DNA from: Octopus sinensis
Taxonomy: Eukaryota
Direction: 5' to 3'
Assembly (NCBI RefSeq): GCF_006345805.1
Contig: NW_021824930.1
Location: 1-17,061, forward strand
Length of the DNA: 17,061 nucleotides
The position numbers and the translations under genes were made by a program. Shown piece by piece: positions 1-9,262 of this stretch. The notes below the pieces were generated by a model. It was not told the origin of the DNA. It saw only the letters and a program-made list of their open reading frames with translations, and did not search any database. How positions within the stretch are numbered: the first letter of the stretch is position 1; every line of letters starts with the position of its first letter.

Positions 1-299
1 CTGAAAGTTTTATGTCTCCGGAGAAAGATGTTGAGGTTTGCCGCTTGCAATCCCTTTGAACATCTCACGAGGTTGGTGATTTTGCGTGGCTATTCGAGTT
101 ATATTTATTTAGCTCCTATTTCTAGCAATTGCAGGTGCTATTTTGCATCCTTGTGTATGTATTTTACCTTATTGATTTTTAATTGCTATCGCCACCTACA
201 TTACAAGTTATTTAATATTTCATATGTTAATTTATCGTTATAATGTCTTATAGTATATATTCATTCGTTCGTTTATGATACATATGTAGTGAGCCCGCC

Positions 300-705
300 A
301 GGAATCCTCTACATAGTCTCTCGACCGGCTACAAATAAAAACTTGATCCTACTCAAGTCACATACTAGTGTCTTAAATCACACCTAGTTGGCATATTAGA
401 GAATAATCGAAGTAGCTGGAAAGTCTCCTACGTAGTCGATCGATATGCTAGAAGGAGTAGCTAATAATTCATCAAATTGCACTGTAGTCTCCCGACTGGC
501 TAGAAATGATTGCTTATTTCCACTTAAGTCCCATATTAGTGTCTTAAATCACACCCAGCTGAATAATAAATGATAATAAATGAAGTAGCTATAAAGGCCT
601 CTGTGTGACCGATCGTTATGCTAAAAAGAGCAGCTAATTTTTCATCAAATTGCACCATTGTCTCTTGATCGACCAGAAATAAAAACTTAACTAGCAGGAC
701 CTGTG
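300..705. repeat. Degenerate ~171-bp tandem repeat (about 2.4 units)
   Basis: TAGTGTCTTAAATCACAC occurs at 366-383 and 537-554 (period 171). Downstream blocks also recur (CGAT..TATGCTA, CATCAAATTGCAC, TAGTCTC..GAC..GCTA.AAAT). Boundaries approximate. Confidence 0.8.
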
Positions 706-759
706 AATATTTCACGGAATTAAAGGTAAAGTTATTGGGTTATTTCTGAAAACTTTATC

Positions 760-910
760 CCCCAAAACCTGAAGGAGTAACCTGTGTTGTGTCTGTATCA
801 AAAGATAATCTCTCATCTGCTAATCCCTGAAAAGTGAAGGAAACTGGAATACGATGATTACTTAATGCACTTTATATATACAGTTTTATATACGTTATGC
901 ACAATTTCAC
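760..910 (+). mobile_element. Degenerate PLE-like terminal repeat fragment, same family as 2660-2900 (-)
   Basis: 863-893 is an exact 31/31 reverse complement of 2677-2707. Upstream remnants CTGAAGGA (769-776) and TAATCCCTGAAA (821-832) sit where the other copy has its hammerhead-like motif. Confidence 0.6.
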
Positions 911-1112
911 CTTACTCTCTTTTTCTCTCTCCATTTTCTTTTGCGCTTTGCCTCTCCCTTCAACTAATCACGTGAAAGCGTTACAGACGGGCTAAGTAAC
1001 GGACGAACAGAGAAAAGAAAATTACACATTTCACTCACCACTCCCTCTCCCTCTCTCCTTTTCCTGTCCCACCTTCAACTAATTACATGGAAGCGCTGCG
1101 GATGGGCCAAGA
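901..1112. repeat. Diverged ~116-bp direct duplication
   Basis: CTTCAACTAATCACGTGAAAGCGTTACAGACGGGCTAAG versus CTTCAACTAATTACATGGAAGCGCTGCGGATGGGCCAAG, each preceded by ACA(A/C)ATTTCAC and a CT-rich tract. Confidence 0.7.
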
Positions 1113-1149
1113 AAGAGAGGAACAAGCAGAATTATTATAAGATACCAAT

Positions 1150-1280
1150 CGAGTCGTATACTAGTGTCTTAAATCACACTCATCTGGCGTGTTAGAGAAT
1201 AATCGGAGCAGCTAGAAAGGCTTCTAGGTGGTCGTTCGATATGCTAGAAAAAATAGCTAATTTTTCAGAAAATTGCACAC
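1150..1280 (+). repeat. Dispersed copy of the 171-bp unit
   Basis: TAGTGTCTTAAATCACAC at 1162-1179, followed by TTAGAGAATAATCG, CGATATGCTAGAA and AAATTGCAC as in 366-480. Confidence 0.8.
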
Positions 1281-1554
1281 TATCACATTGGATTATGTAG
1301 TTCTGGGACCTATCTGCACAGTATGAAGACGGGATTGTAACTGTTGGGGTACTTTTGATCATCAGTCAGCTTGATCGGGGCTGAACGAGGGTTAAACAAC
1401 AATAATGGCAACGATAGCAATAAAGACAACTAACGACCTCTGTTGGGAAGACTGCTCGATCAGAGTTGACCAGTGGCCACTTATCAACTACGACCGGTCA
1501 ACCTCGATGGCACGGCACAGTGCTTCGAGATGAACAATATTTCTAAATCATACA

Positions 1555-1970
1555 GCCATACCTGTATGGTTTAGAAACTCGCTTTGCAGCCGTGTGGTTT
1601 CGAGTTCAGTCCCACAGCACGGCAACTTGGATGGGTGTCTTCTACTATAGCTTCGGGCCGACTAAAGCCTTGAGAGTGAATTTGGTAGACGGAAACTGTA
1701 TGAAATCCCTTCGTGTATATATATATTTGTATGTGTGTATGTGTGTGTGTGTGTGTGTGTACCTATGTTTTTTCCCTTCCAATACTTGACAACCGGTGTT
1801 TGTTTGTTTGAATCAACGTACTTGGGTGACAGAGACCGATAGTATAAGCACCAGAATTAAGACCAAGAAATTAGCCAGGGAGTCGATCTGTTTGACTACA
1901 GCCTTCAAGGCCGTGCCCCAGTTTGGCTGCAATTCAATGAATGAAACAAATAAAAAGAAAAACAAAAAAC
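1555..1970 (+). mobile_element. tRNA-derived SINE, family 1 (Octopus OR-like), old diverged copy
   Basis: B-box-like GAGTTCAGTCCC, then GTGTCTTCTACTATAGC..GGTAGACGGAAACT, an internal TA/TG microsatellite and a tail GCCCCAGTTTGGCTGCAATTCAATGAATGAAACAAATAAAAAG. Colinear with 8215-8646. Confidence 0.85.
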
Positions 1971-2344
1971 AAAATGGTGCCACGCGCTCTTCTAGATCAG
2001 GGCTATCCTGGAGTCACACATCAAGAATAACCAAAGTCTTTGGTGCCACAGGAGTTTTAGATCAGAATTGATCTGCGGTTACTTATCAGCTGTGATCAGC
2101 CAACCGTGATGGTTCAGTCCATCTGGATCGACAGTGATCAACCGTGTCTAGGTAGCATATGACTTCTCCTTCAGGATGGCCCGGTGTTATAAGACAACAA
2201 CAGCAAGCACATTCTAGCATTATCACATTATCATCACCACGACCACCAACTCCAACCTGCTGCTTATCTCTGATAAAAGAAAACTATTTCTAACACCCCA
2301 ACGAATATTAACAACATTATCAGTACAGACATTATCATATTATC

Positions 2345-2470
2345 ACTAGTACCAGCACCACCACGGCCGCCGCCGCCGCCGCCGCCGCCGCCACCGCCAC
2401 CGCCGCCGCCACCGTCACTGCCGCCACCACCACCACCACCAACACCACTACCACCACCACCACCACTACC
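2345..2470. repeat. Compound (GCC)n/(ACC)n trinucleotide microsatellite
   Basis: Read directly from the sequence. Confidence 0.95.
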
Positions 2471-2659
2471 TCCACATTAGCACAGGTGGTGGTGGTAGAG
2501 TCTGAATCATTTATTAAAAAGCAACACTTGTTTTCTCCACACACACACACACACACACATAACGTAAGAGAGAGGACAAAGGAATAAACGCTTATCTTAT
2601 GAAAAAGAGAGTAAGGTGAAGAGTGAGAGAGAGAGAAAGAGGGAGAGTGTATTAACCCC

Positions 2660-2900
2660 GTAAAATTGTGAATAAAGTATATAAAACTGTATATATAAAG
2701 TGCATTATGAACTTCCATTAGCTTACAGTTGTTTCCCCTATAAGATGCGGTGGACTCATAGTTGAGTGCCCGAGTAACACCGTAATACCTTCATCAGAGT
2801 CTCACCCCTTTTCACCCCTTTTCCTATTACCGTTCTGTACTCGACTAACGTTCAGAAGTATACGTATATTGAATTCTATAGTAGGTTACTAGTCACGCAA
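2660..2900 (-). mobile_element. PLE-like terminal repeat fragment carrying a hammerhead-like motif
   Basis: Contains the motif at 2718-2803. Shares an exact 31-bp block with 863-893 in inverted orientation. Boundaries approximate. Confidence 0.55.
2718..2803 (-). ncRNA. Degenerate type-I hammerhead-ribozyme-like motif with extended stem II
   Basis: Minus strand: CUGAUGA (2797-2791), a 55-nt structured insert (CGGUG/CACCG, ACUCA/UGAGU), GAAA (2735-2732), then CAACUGUA. The base of stem II is mismatched (AGG opposite GGG) and stem I has only 2-3 bp. Confidence 0.5.
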
Positions 2901-2966
2901 TGCCTAAGCAATACACACACACATACACACGCACACACATATACATATACATACATATGCATATAT

Positions 2967-3300
2967 GGGTAGAGGACGTCACCAACAGTAAACAACATGA
3001 AATACGAAAACAAATGAGTTTAATACACAAACAACGAGAGAAACAAATGTAAAACAGGACAAGTAACACAAAGAACGACCCTTCATCTCTTGTCAGCTGT
3101 CTATTTACTCTTCATTTCAAGCATTGAACAACAATATGAGTCTTCGAAGACAGTTACTCCCATAAGTACCCAAATAAAACTTGGGATTTATGGGGATGGG
3201 GGTCAAAGTTGGGAACAAAAGCAGGACAGTGGAGACATACAAGGAAACCAAAAGAAAACAAACATGGAGGGTCGTTAGACTAGAACGAGGGTAAAATAGC
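2967..3300 (+). mobile_element. Interspersed repeat fragment (probably PLE-associated), homologous to 15650-15953 in opposite orientation
   Basis: GAACGACCCTTCATC (3073-3087) is the exact reverse complement of 15829-15843. Flanks are colinear (AACAACAATA, ACAGTT.CTCCC, AAATAAAA.TTGGGATTTA, CAGGACAGTG). Confidence 0.75.
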
Positions 3301-3348
3301 AAACATATGTGTGTGTGTATGTGTGTATATAATATATATATATATGTT

Positions 3349-3640
3349 GCTGAGACCCCTTTCGGTCATGACTGACCATGGGATTGCACCTAGGAAGTTA
3401 CCCTCCCAGGCACAAGTCTGGGCAAGGTTGTTTATGGAAGACCAGCAGTCGCCCATGCGTACCGGCCTCCCCTCTCCACCAGTGTTATCCAAGGGAAAGG
3501 GGTGAAGGGGCCGATACAGCTTGGCACCTGTGACGTCGCAACTCATTTCTACAGCTGAGTGAACTGGAGCAACGTGAAATAAAGTGTCTTGCTCAAGAAC
3601 ACAACATGCAGCCTGGTCCGGGATTCGAACTCACAACCTC
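3349..3640 (-). mobile_element. tRNA-derived SINE, family 3, 5'-truncated
   Basis: Minus strand has B-box GTTCGAATCC (3630-3621), then TTCTTGAGCAAGACACTTTA..CACTCAGCTGTAGAAATGAGT, a central segment typical of metazoan SINEs. It ends in a TA/TG microsatellite. No A-box is present. Confidence 0.8.
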
Positions 3641-3654
3641 CGTTATTAAGCTGA

Positions 3655-4045
3655 TGTCTTACCCAGAACGTAGTATATAAATGCACAATAATAACTACAA
3701 CTAATAATTATATTTACTTCGGTTGTTCGATTAATTTGAAACAGCATATATACAATCACGTGTCATCCTTTGAATTGCATATCATTATCCAGTAAGATTT
3801 GGGAACTGAAAGAAAGTGGGATTGGGTTTAGCCTCAAATGGGAAATAATAAGAAAAGCTCAGCCTTATAGAAATGGCAGATGTAGGTGTGAGCTTTGCTC
3901 TATGGAAACATATGAAATTTTTAAGCATAAAGATAATAGCAACCTGATTAATAATTGATTAGACCTTAGGGTATCATGTGTACATAGTGCCACCCGTACC
4001 TTCAAATATTTTAGAAAGCAGCACTTTATTGATCTTCTGTTTTAA
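3655..4045 (+). pseudogene. Decayed GIY-YIG endonuclease domain of a Penelope-like retroelement
   Basis: Frame 1 from 3655 reads CLTQNVVYKCTIITTTNNYIYFGCSINLKQHIYNHVSSF, i.e. the GIY-YIG pair VVY...YFG and the NH.xSF motif. After a frameshift near 3770: NCISLSSKIWELKESGIGFSLKWEIIRKAQPYRNGRCRCELC...NLINN*LDLRVSCVH. This matches the PLE endonuclease C-terminus (LSK.IW.LK, W.I...A.PY, C.LC...C.H). One frameshift and one in-frame stop. Confidence 0.9.
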
Positions 4046-4087
4046 AACTTATGATGTACCTCTGGTAGCATGCCCCACCAGCATTAA

Positions 4088-6475
4088 TTTTTCCTTTAGT
4101 TAATACTGGGTATCAGTCATTATAGACACAAGCTAATTAAGTAAATAAACAATTTTTAATTTTAAATACTTGAATTATTACATATTTTCTATAAATCTTC
4201 TCTATTGAAGTTACTAAGTCATATATATATACTTCATCATGATTTTAGGGATTAAGCTATTTTATATCCTTTTCTATGGTGTTTCTACCCTACCCGATCA
4301 TTTTAATACTTTATAATTGCCTTTAGACAAACCTAAATTTTTGTACCCCTATAAATTCGTACTTAACTTATAAAAAACAATACGGGTATCTTCACAACTT
4401 AAGATTAGACTGCCTAAATTATAATTTAACTAATTTATAGTAAATTTGTTCTCTCACCTCAATGCTAAATCTTCCTGATAACTGTAAATTTTAGCTTTAT
4501 ACAATAATAACATGTTGTTTAAAATAGTTTTAGTAACTAAGTTTTTTAGTAACTAAGTTTTTTATCCCTTTCTTAAAGTGTTCTGTCCTCTTAATTTTGG
4601 TTTTATACAAACAACCCTTCTAATTAAGTACCCCTAAGAAACTGTAATATCATTTATGGATTAACACAAGTAACTTTTGAAATCTATATTATACCTCTTA
4701 ATTTGATATTAGTATATGATTAGGATGTCCTTTTAACAACAATTATTCTTTTAACCAATACCATGTATCAGCCCTGATTATAATATGCTAAAAATGTTAA
4801 TTAACAATTTTTAGCTCATAATACTTAAATTATTATACATTTTCTATAAATACTTGCTATTGAAGTTAATGAGGTATGGATATTTTATTATGGTTTTTAG
4901 TGATTAGGCTGTTTTTATTCCTTTTCTATGATGCTCTACCCTAACTGATCATTTTATTATTGCTATTGTTATTATTATTATTTTATAGTAGCCTTAAATA
5001 AATCTAATCCTTTTCCCCCTATTAATTAATACTCATCTTATATAAGGTAATACCGGTATCTGTACAACTTAAAATAGTTCAGTTTAATTAAATCAGTATA
5101 TAGTTGACATGTTCTTTAACCTCAGTTGTTCCCTTATTTAATACCAGTTAAATCCAATTGATCTATCTCCATAGAAACCATATAATAAGTTAATATTTGG
5201 ATAAGTAATAAGTAAACAAATATTAAACTATTTTTTTGCAATTTTCTTTTCCTCCCTCTATTGTGATAAAAAATTGGTATATACTCAAAATATTCAAAGA
5301 AATGGTATCCTTTTGTTAAAATTTCATTCTTAATAATCTTCTTGATTACCCTAAATTTTAACTTTATACAATAAGACAATATTGTTTGAAATGATCTTTA
5401 GAAATTACTCCTTAAATGGCTCTATGCTCCTTATCTTACTATTTATAAGGGCCTTTATATAAATAACCCTTCTAAACAAGTACCACTAAGAAACTATAAA
5501 TATCATGTAGAGAGTAACAATAATAACTTCTTAAACCTATAATATAACCCTTAATTCTAAAACAAACAGATTAGTGTAAAATATGATTGGTCCATGACTT
5601 AAATATTCATTTAGCTGATACCAGACATTAGTCTTTTATTGATATTAGCTAAATAAGTAAATGTATAATTTTAGTCTAATATATTTTGAATTATTATACT
5701 TTTTCTAAAAATCTTCTCTATTGGTGTTAATAATTTACCATAGTGTTAGTAATTAAGCCATTTTATTTCCTTTTCTATGGTGTTCTGCCCTACTTGATTG
5801 TTTTATTTTATTTGTTTATTATTTATTTATAAAATTAACCTAATTTTTGTCTCTATAAATTCATACTTAGCTTATATAAAATTATACTGGTATATTCACT
5901 ACTTATAAAAAAATATTGCTTAGATTCTATTGTGTCTGAGGAGAGTCATTTTCATTTTGTGCTGACTATTGAAAAGGTTGCAAGACGCAACGAAAACTTT
6001 AGGAAAATAAAAATAAGAAATAAGTGGAAATTTTACCGGTGAGTGTGTTACATTATAAGGCACAAAAAGAAAATAACTCTCCCCAGACACAACCGAATAT
6101 GCTTCAACACACGAACTCATATAAAGAATCTTGCAAACCAAATCCGAAAATGAAATACTGCTTAGATTATAATTTTATTAATATATAATTAGCATGTTCC
6201 TTTACCTCAATACTTCTTTATTAAATCCAGTATATACCAATTAATCAATATTCACAGAAACCATCTGATGAGTTTGTATTAAGTGTACAATATGTATAAA
6301 TATTAAACTATTTCTGGATAATTTATTTTCCTCCTTTTGTTGTGGTAAAAGTTTGGTATATACTCAAAAGTATTCATAAATTTCTATCCTTTTGTTATAA
6401 TATTCTTCTTAATAATCTTTTGAATAACCCTAAACTGTAACTATATACAATATAGCAACATTGTGTAAAATATTT
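4088..6475. repeat. Degenerate tandem triplication of a ~860-bp AT-rich unit (A 4088-4745, B 4746-5604, C 5605-6475)
   Basis: AATTATTA.A..TTTTCTA.AAAT recurs near 4173, 4828 and 5689. CCTTTTCTATG.TG.T recurs near 4268, 4920 and 5769. AACCCTTCTAA..AAGTACC recurs near 4613 and 5465. TTGGTATATACTCAAAA recurs near 5274 and 6353. Unit A lacks ~200 bp; unit C has an insertion and is truncated. Boundaries approximate. Confidence 0.85.
5927..6158. mobile_element. 232-bp non-autonomous insertion with a 10-bp target-site duplication and an internal 33-bp inverted repeat
   Basis: TGCTTAGATT occurs at 5917-5926 and 6159-6168. Unit A has a single empty-site homolog, TGCCTAAATT, near 4411. 5930-5962 and 6060-6092 are inverted, with 30/33 matching. 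Confidence 0.85.
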
Positions 6476-7159
6476 AACTATACTACATGATAAGACTCCC
6501 CCCCCCCGTTTCATTATCAATGGTCTGCTAGTGGGTAACCCCCTGATTATCGGCTAACATCTTGTTTTAAGTTTTCCTTTACCAAACCTCATTACATTTC
6601 TTCTAATAAATCTTGATTTTTATGACTATACCAACTATGATATCTGTCTGCTCCCCCAGCCCTACCCTTACAGAGACTGCCTTCTGTTCTCTCAGCCTTA
6701 GATATACAGGAGATTTGATAAACTAGTCTATAAATTAAAACTGACCTCATAAAAACAAAAAAATCAGTGACAGGCAGAGTCTGTAACAGTGTAATTCTTC
6801 TTGAAAATTCAGTAACTTCTAAACTGGAGTGAGACAGCATGTTCTTTGTCTAACTTCTTGGAGATTTTAGGTATAATTAAACTAATGTGTCCATCTGTTC
6901 TAATTTAATTAAATTCTATATGTTTGTGCAGCTGAAGATTGCTCTGCATTTTAAATTGATGTAATAATTGCATTGTTCAATTAAATGGAGTTGTATGAAA
7001 CGAGTGCACAGCATTACCTCTGGATATCCTTGTTGCTTATTTTGATTTTAATCACCTTCGAGATTGTATGGATAATACCTTACTAAATTTTGGTGCCTCA
7101 ACTTAAGTACCATATTCATCTGAATCAAAATTTTTACTGAACTCATTTACCATACTCAA

Positions 7160-7217
7160 GATATATATATATATATATAAAATATATATATATATATATA
7201 CACACATATATATACAT

Positions 7218-7270
<53 letters not shown>

Positions 7271-7295
7271 TATGTATATATGTATGTATGTATGA
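7160..7295. repeat. (TA)n/(TACA)n/(TATG)n microsatellite
   Basis: Read directly from the sequence. Confidence 0.95.
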
Positions 7296-7323
7296 ATTTG
7301 TGTAAATGTGTATTGAATAATAA

Positions 7324-7731
7324 ATCAGTTGAATAAAGTTAAAACATGATCTGGTTTTCACGTTTTTTATTGATATTTTAAAAAACTAATTATTCTTTTA
7401 CAATTATGAAGTGTGTTAAACATTGCATGAGCATGCGGATTGGTCAAAACCGTATTCCAAAAATTCAGCTTGTTGGAGCCTTCCAAGAGGTATAAAAAGG
7501 AGGTAGTCAGTCATTTTACTACAGTTGCCAAGAACTCAACTGTCAGTTAAATACATTTTGAAATCTGACGATTACTACAAACGTATGAAAGTTCTAATTG
7601 AACTTTATGAACATTACAAAATAATTTTTTAATGTTTAACACACTTCAACATTGTAAAAAAAGATATATTTTTTAAATGCCATAATAAAAAACGTGAAGA
7701 CCAGATCATGTTTTAACTTTATTCAACTGAT
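7324..7731. mobile_element. 408-bp MITE (non-autonomous DNA transposon), possibly Tc1/mariner-like
   Basis: TIRs 7324-7371 and 7684-7731 match at 47/48 and extend imperfectly to ~100 bp (TGAAGTGTGTTAAACATT / AATGTTTAACACACTTCA). No ORF. It sits in TA-rich microsatellite; the exact TSD (TA or AT) is ambiguous. Confidence 0.9.
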
Positions 7732-7743
7732 ATACATACATAC

Positions 7744-7817
<74 letters not shown>
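7732..7817. repeat. (TACA)/(TA)/(TG)n microsatellite
   Basis: Read directly from the sequence. Confidence 0.95.
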
Positions 7818-7820
<3 letters not shown>

Positions 7821-8214
7821 GACAGAGTGTGGAAGTTCCATGATATATATTCAACAGGGAGATAATTTGATTTACAATTAATATTTCTCTTTCTCTTTAG
7901 AATATTGGTTTATTTAGTTTTACTCAAAATTAAAAACTGCTTTTTCTTTCGAAAATTAGTTTCCATTTCAGCATTTTGGCTTAATGACTAAGAAATTTGA
8001 TAAAAGTTGAATTATACTATTTGTATGTTTGACATATTTCCTGTTATTATCATGGGTAGCACAAGTACACTTACGAAGTTACCCGTCCTATGGCGGGTGG
8101 CACCCTCGCAATAAATAGTTTACACGAAAAGGAAGTGTTAAGTGTGATCGTAATTTACCAAAGCTAGAATGTCGGATTTCGTGTGTCAACGGGTCCTTCG
8201 ACAAGCTAAATATA

Positions 8215-8376
8215 GGCGCAGGAGTGGCTGTGTGGTAAGTAGCTTGCTAACCAGCCACATGGTTCTGGGTTCAGTCCCACTGCGTGGCATCTTGGGCAAA
8301 TGTCTTCTGCTATAGCCCCGGGCCGACCAATGCCTTGTGAGTGGATTTGGTAGACGGAAACTGAAAGAAGCCTGTC

Positions 8377-8414
<38 letters not shown>

Positions 8415-8646
8415 GTGGTGGTGCGTGTGTGTTTTTGTGTGTCTGTGTTTGTCCTCTAGCATTGCTTGACAACCGATGCTGGTGTGCTTACGTCCCCGTC
8501 ACTTAGCGGTTCGGCAAAGAGACCGATAGAATAAGTACTGGCTTACAAGAATAAGTTCCGGGGTCGATTGCTCGACTAAAGGCGGTGCTCCAGCATGGCC
8601 GCAGTCAAATGACTGAAACAAGTAAAAGAGTAAAAGAGTAAAGAGT
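8215..8646 (+). mobile_element. Full-length tRNA-derived SINE, family 1 (Octopus OR-like)
   Basis: Head GGCGCAGGAGTGGCTGTGTGGTAAG (A-box), GGGTTCAGTCCC (B-box-like), internal (TA)n, and tail GGCGGTGCTCCAGCATGGCCGCAGTCAAATGACTGAAACAAGTAAAAGAGTAAAAGAG. Closely similar to 14716-15130. Confidence 0.92.
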
Positions 8647-8659
8647 CAAATCTGTTTAA

Positions 8660-8800
8660 ATCAACAGTCTCTCTTTACACAATTCCATTCATAAGGTTTG
8701 GTATAATAAAAGACACGTATCGAAGATGCCCCACTGTGGGATAGAACTTGGGATCGCGTGATTGTAAAATGAACCTCATGACCATTCGGCCACGAAGACT
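8660..8800 (-). mobile_element. Highly diverged family-1 SINE head
   Basis: Reverse complement reads CGTGGCCGAATGGTC...AAGTTCTATCCCACAGTGGGGCATCTTCG..ACGTGTCTTTTATTATA, colinear with the family-1 5' half. Confidence 0.55.
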
Positions 8801-8899
8801 TTAAAACACTTAAAACACACATATACATATGTCTGTGTCTTTATATATCTACCATGTAAAATGTGGCATTGCGTCAAAAAGTGTAAACATAGTGGTTTA

Positions 8900-9050
8900 C
8901 CAAATTGCTACCAATAAAATAAGTGCCAGATTGAAAGGAGTATTAGTGGTAGTGGGGGGGGGAGTGGGTGTTTAATTTGACCGACTAAATCTGCTCCTCG
9001 AAGAGCAGAGCCCCAGCATGGCCGCAGTGCAATACTTAAAAACCAATTAC
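8900..9050 (+). mobile_element. Diverged family-1 SINE tail fragment
   Basis: GCCCCAGCATGGCCGCAGT near 9010-9030 and an upstream AATAAGTGCCAG. Confidence 0.55.
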
Positions 9051-9210
9051 AGATTTAAAGATTCAGCTATAATTTACCGTTCCTTTGGACATGTGATGTC
9101 TAGCGTCTTCATTTGACTGGCATGTTAGACAAACCTGTTATGGCCTGAGGTAATTGTTTTTTCAACAACACGCAAGATGACAGGACAGGATTTTGGTTGA
9201 CACCACCAAC

Positions 9211-9262
<52 letters not shown>

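Noticed and set aside
28-243. 71-aa ORF at the window start
   Set aside because: No recognisable motif, and the 3' half is low-complexity AT-rich sequence.
2335-2718. 127-aa ORF with poly-Val/Ala tracts
   Set aside because: It is the translation of GCC/ACC and CA microsatellites plus repeat sequence; no domain or splice support.
5250-5290. FYHN as a family-B DNA polymerase ExoII motif (Polinton)
   Set aside because: The following FD and other polymerase motifs are absent.
5934-6000. Hammerhead in the 232-bp insertion (CTGAGGA...GAAA)
   Set aside because: No valid stem III or NUH triplet; the perfect hairpin before the second GAAA lacks an adjacent CUGANGA.
4088-7145. NUMT or alternative-genetic-code gene
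   Set aside because: No recognisable mitochondrial protein or rRNA motif. TAA/TAG and TGA are all common in frame, so no single code opens a long ORF. Kept only as a hypothesis to test.
8215-8290. tRNA genes at SINE heads
   Set aside because: A/B boxes are present but there is no complete cloverleaf, and each continues into a SINE body.
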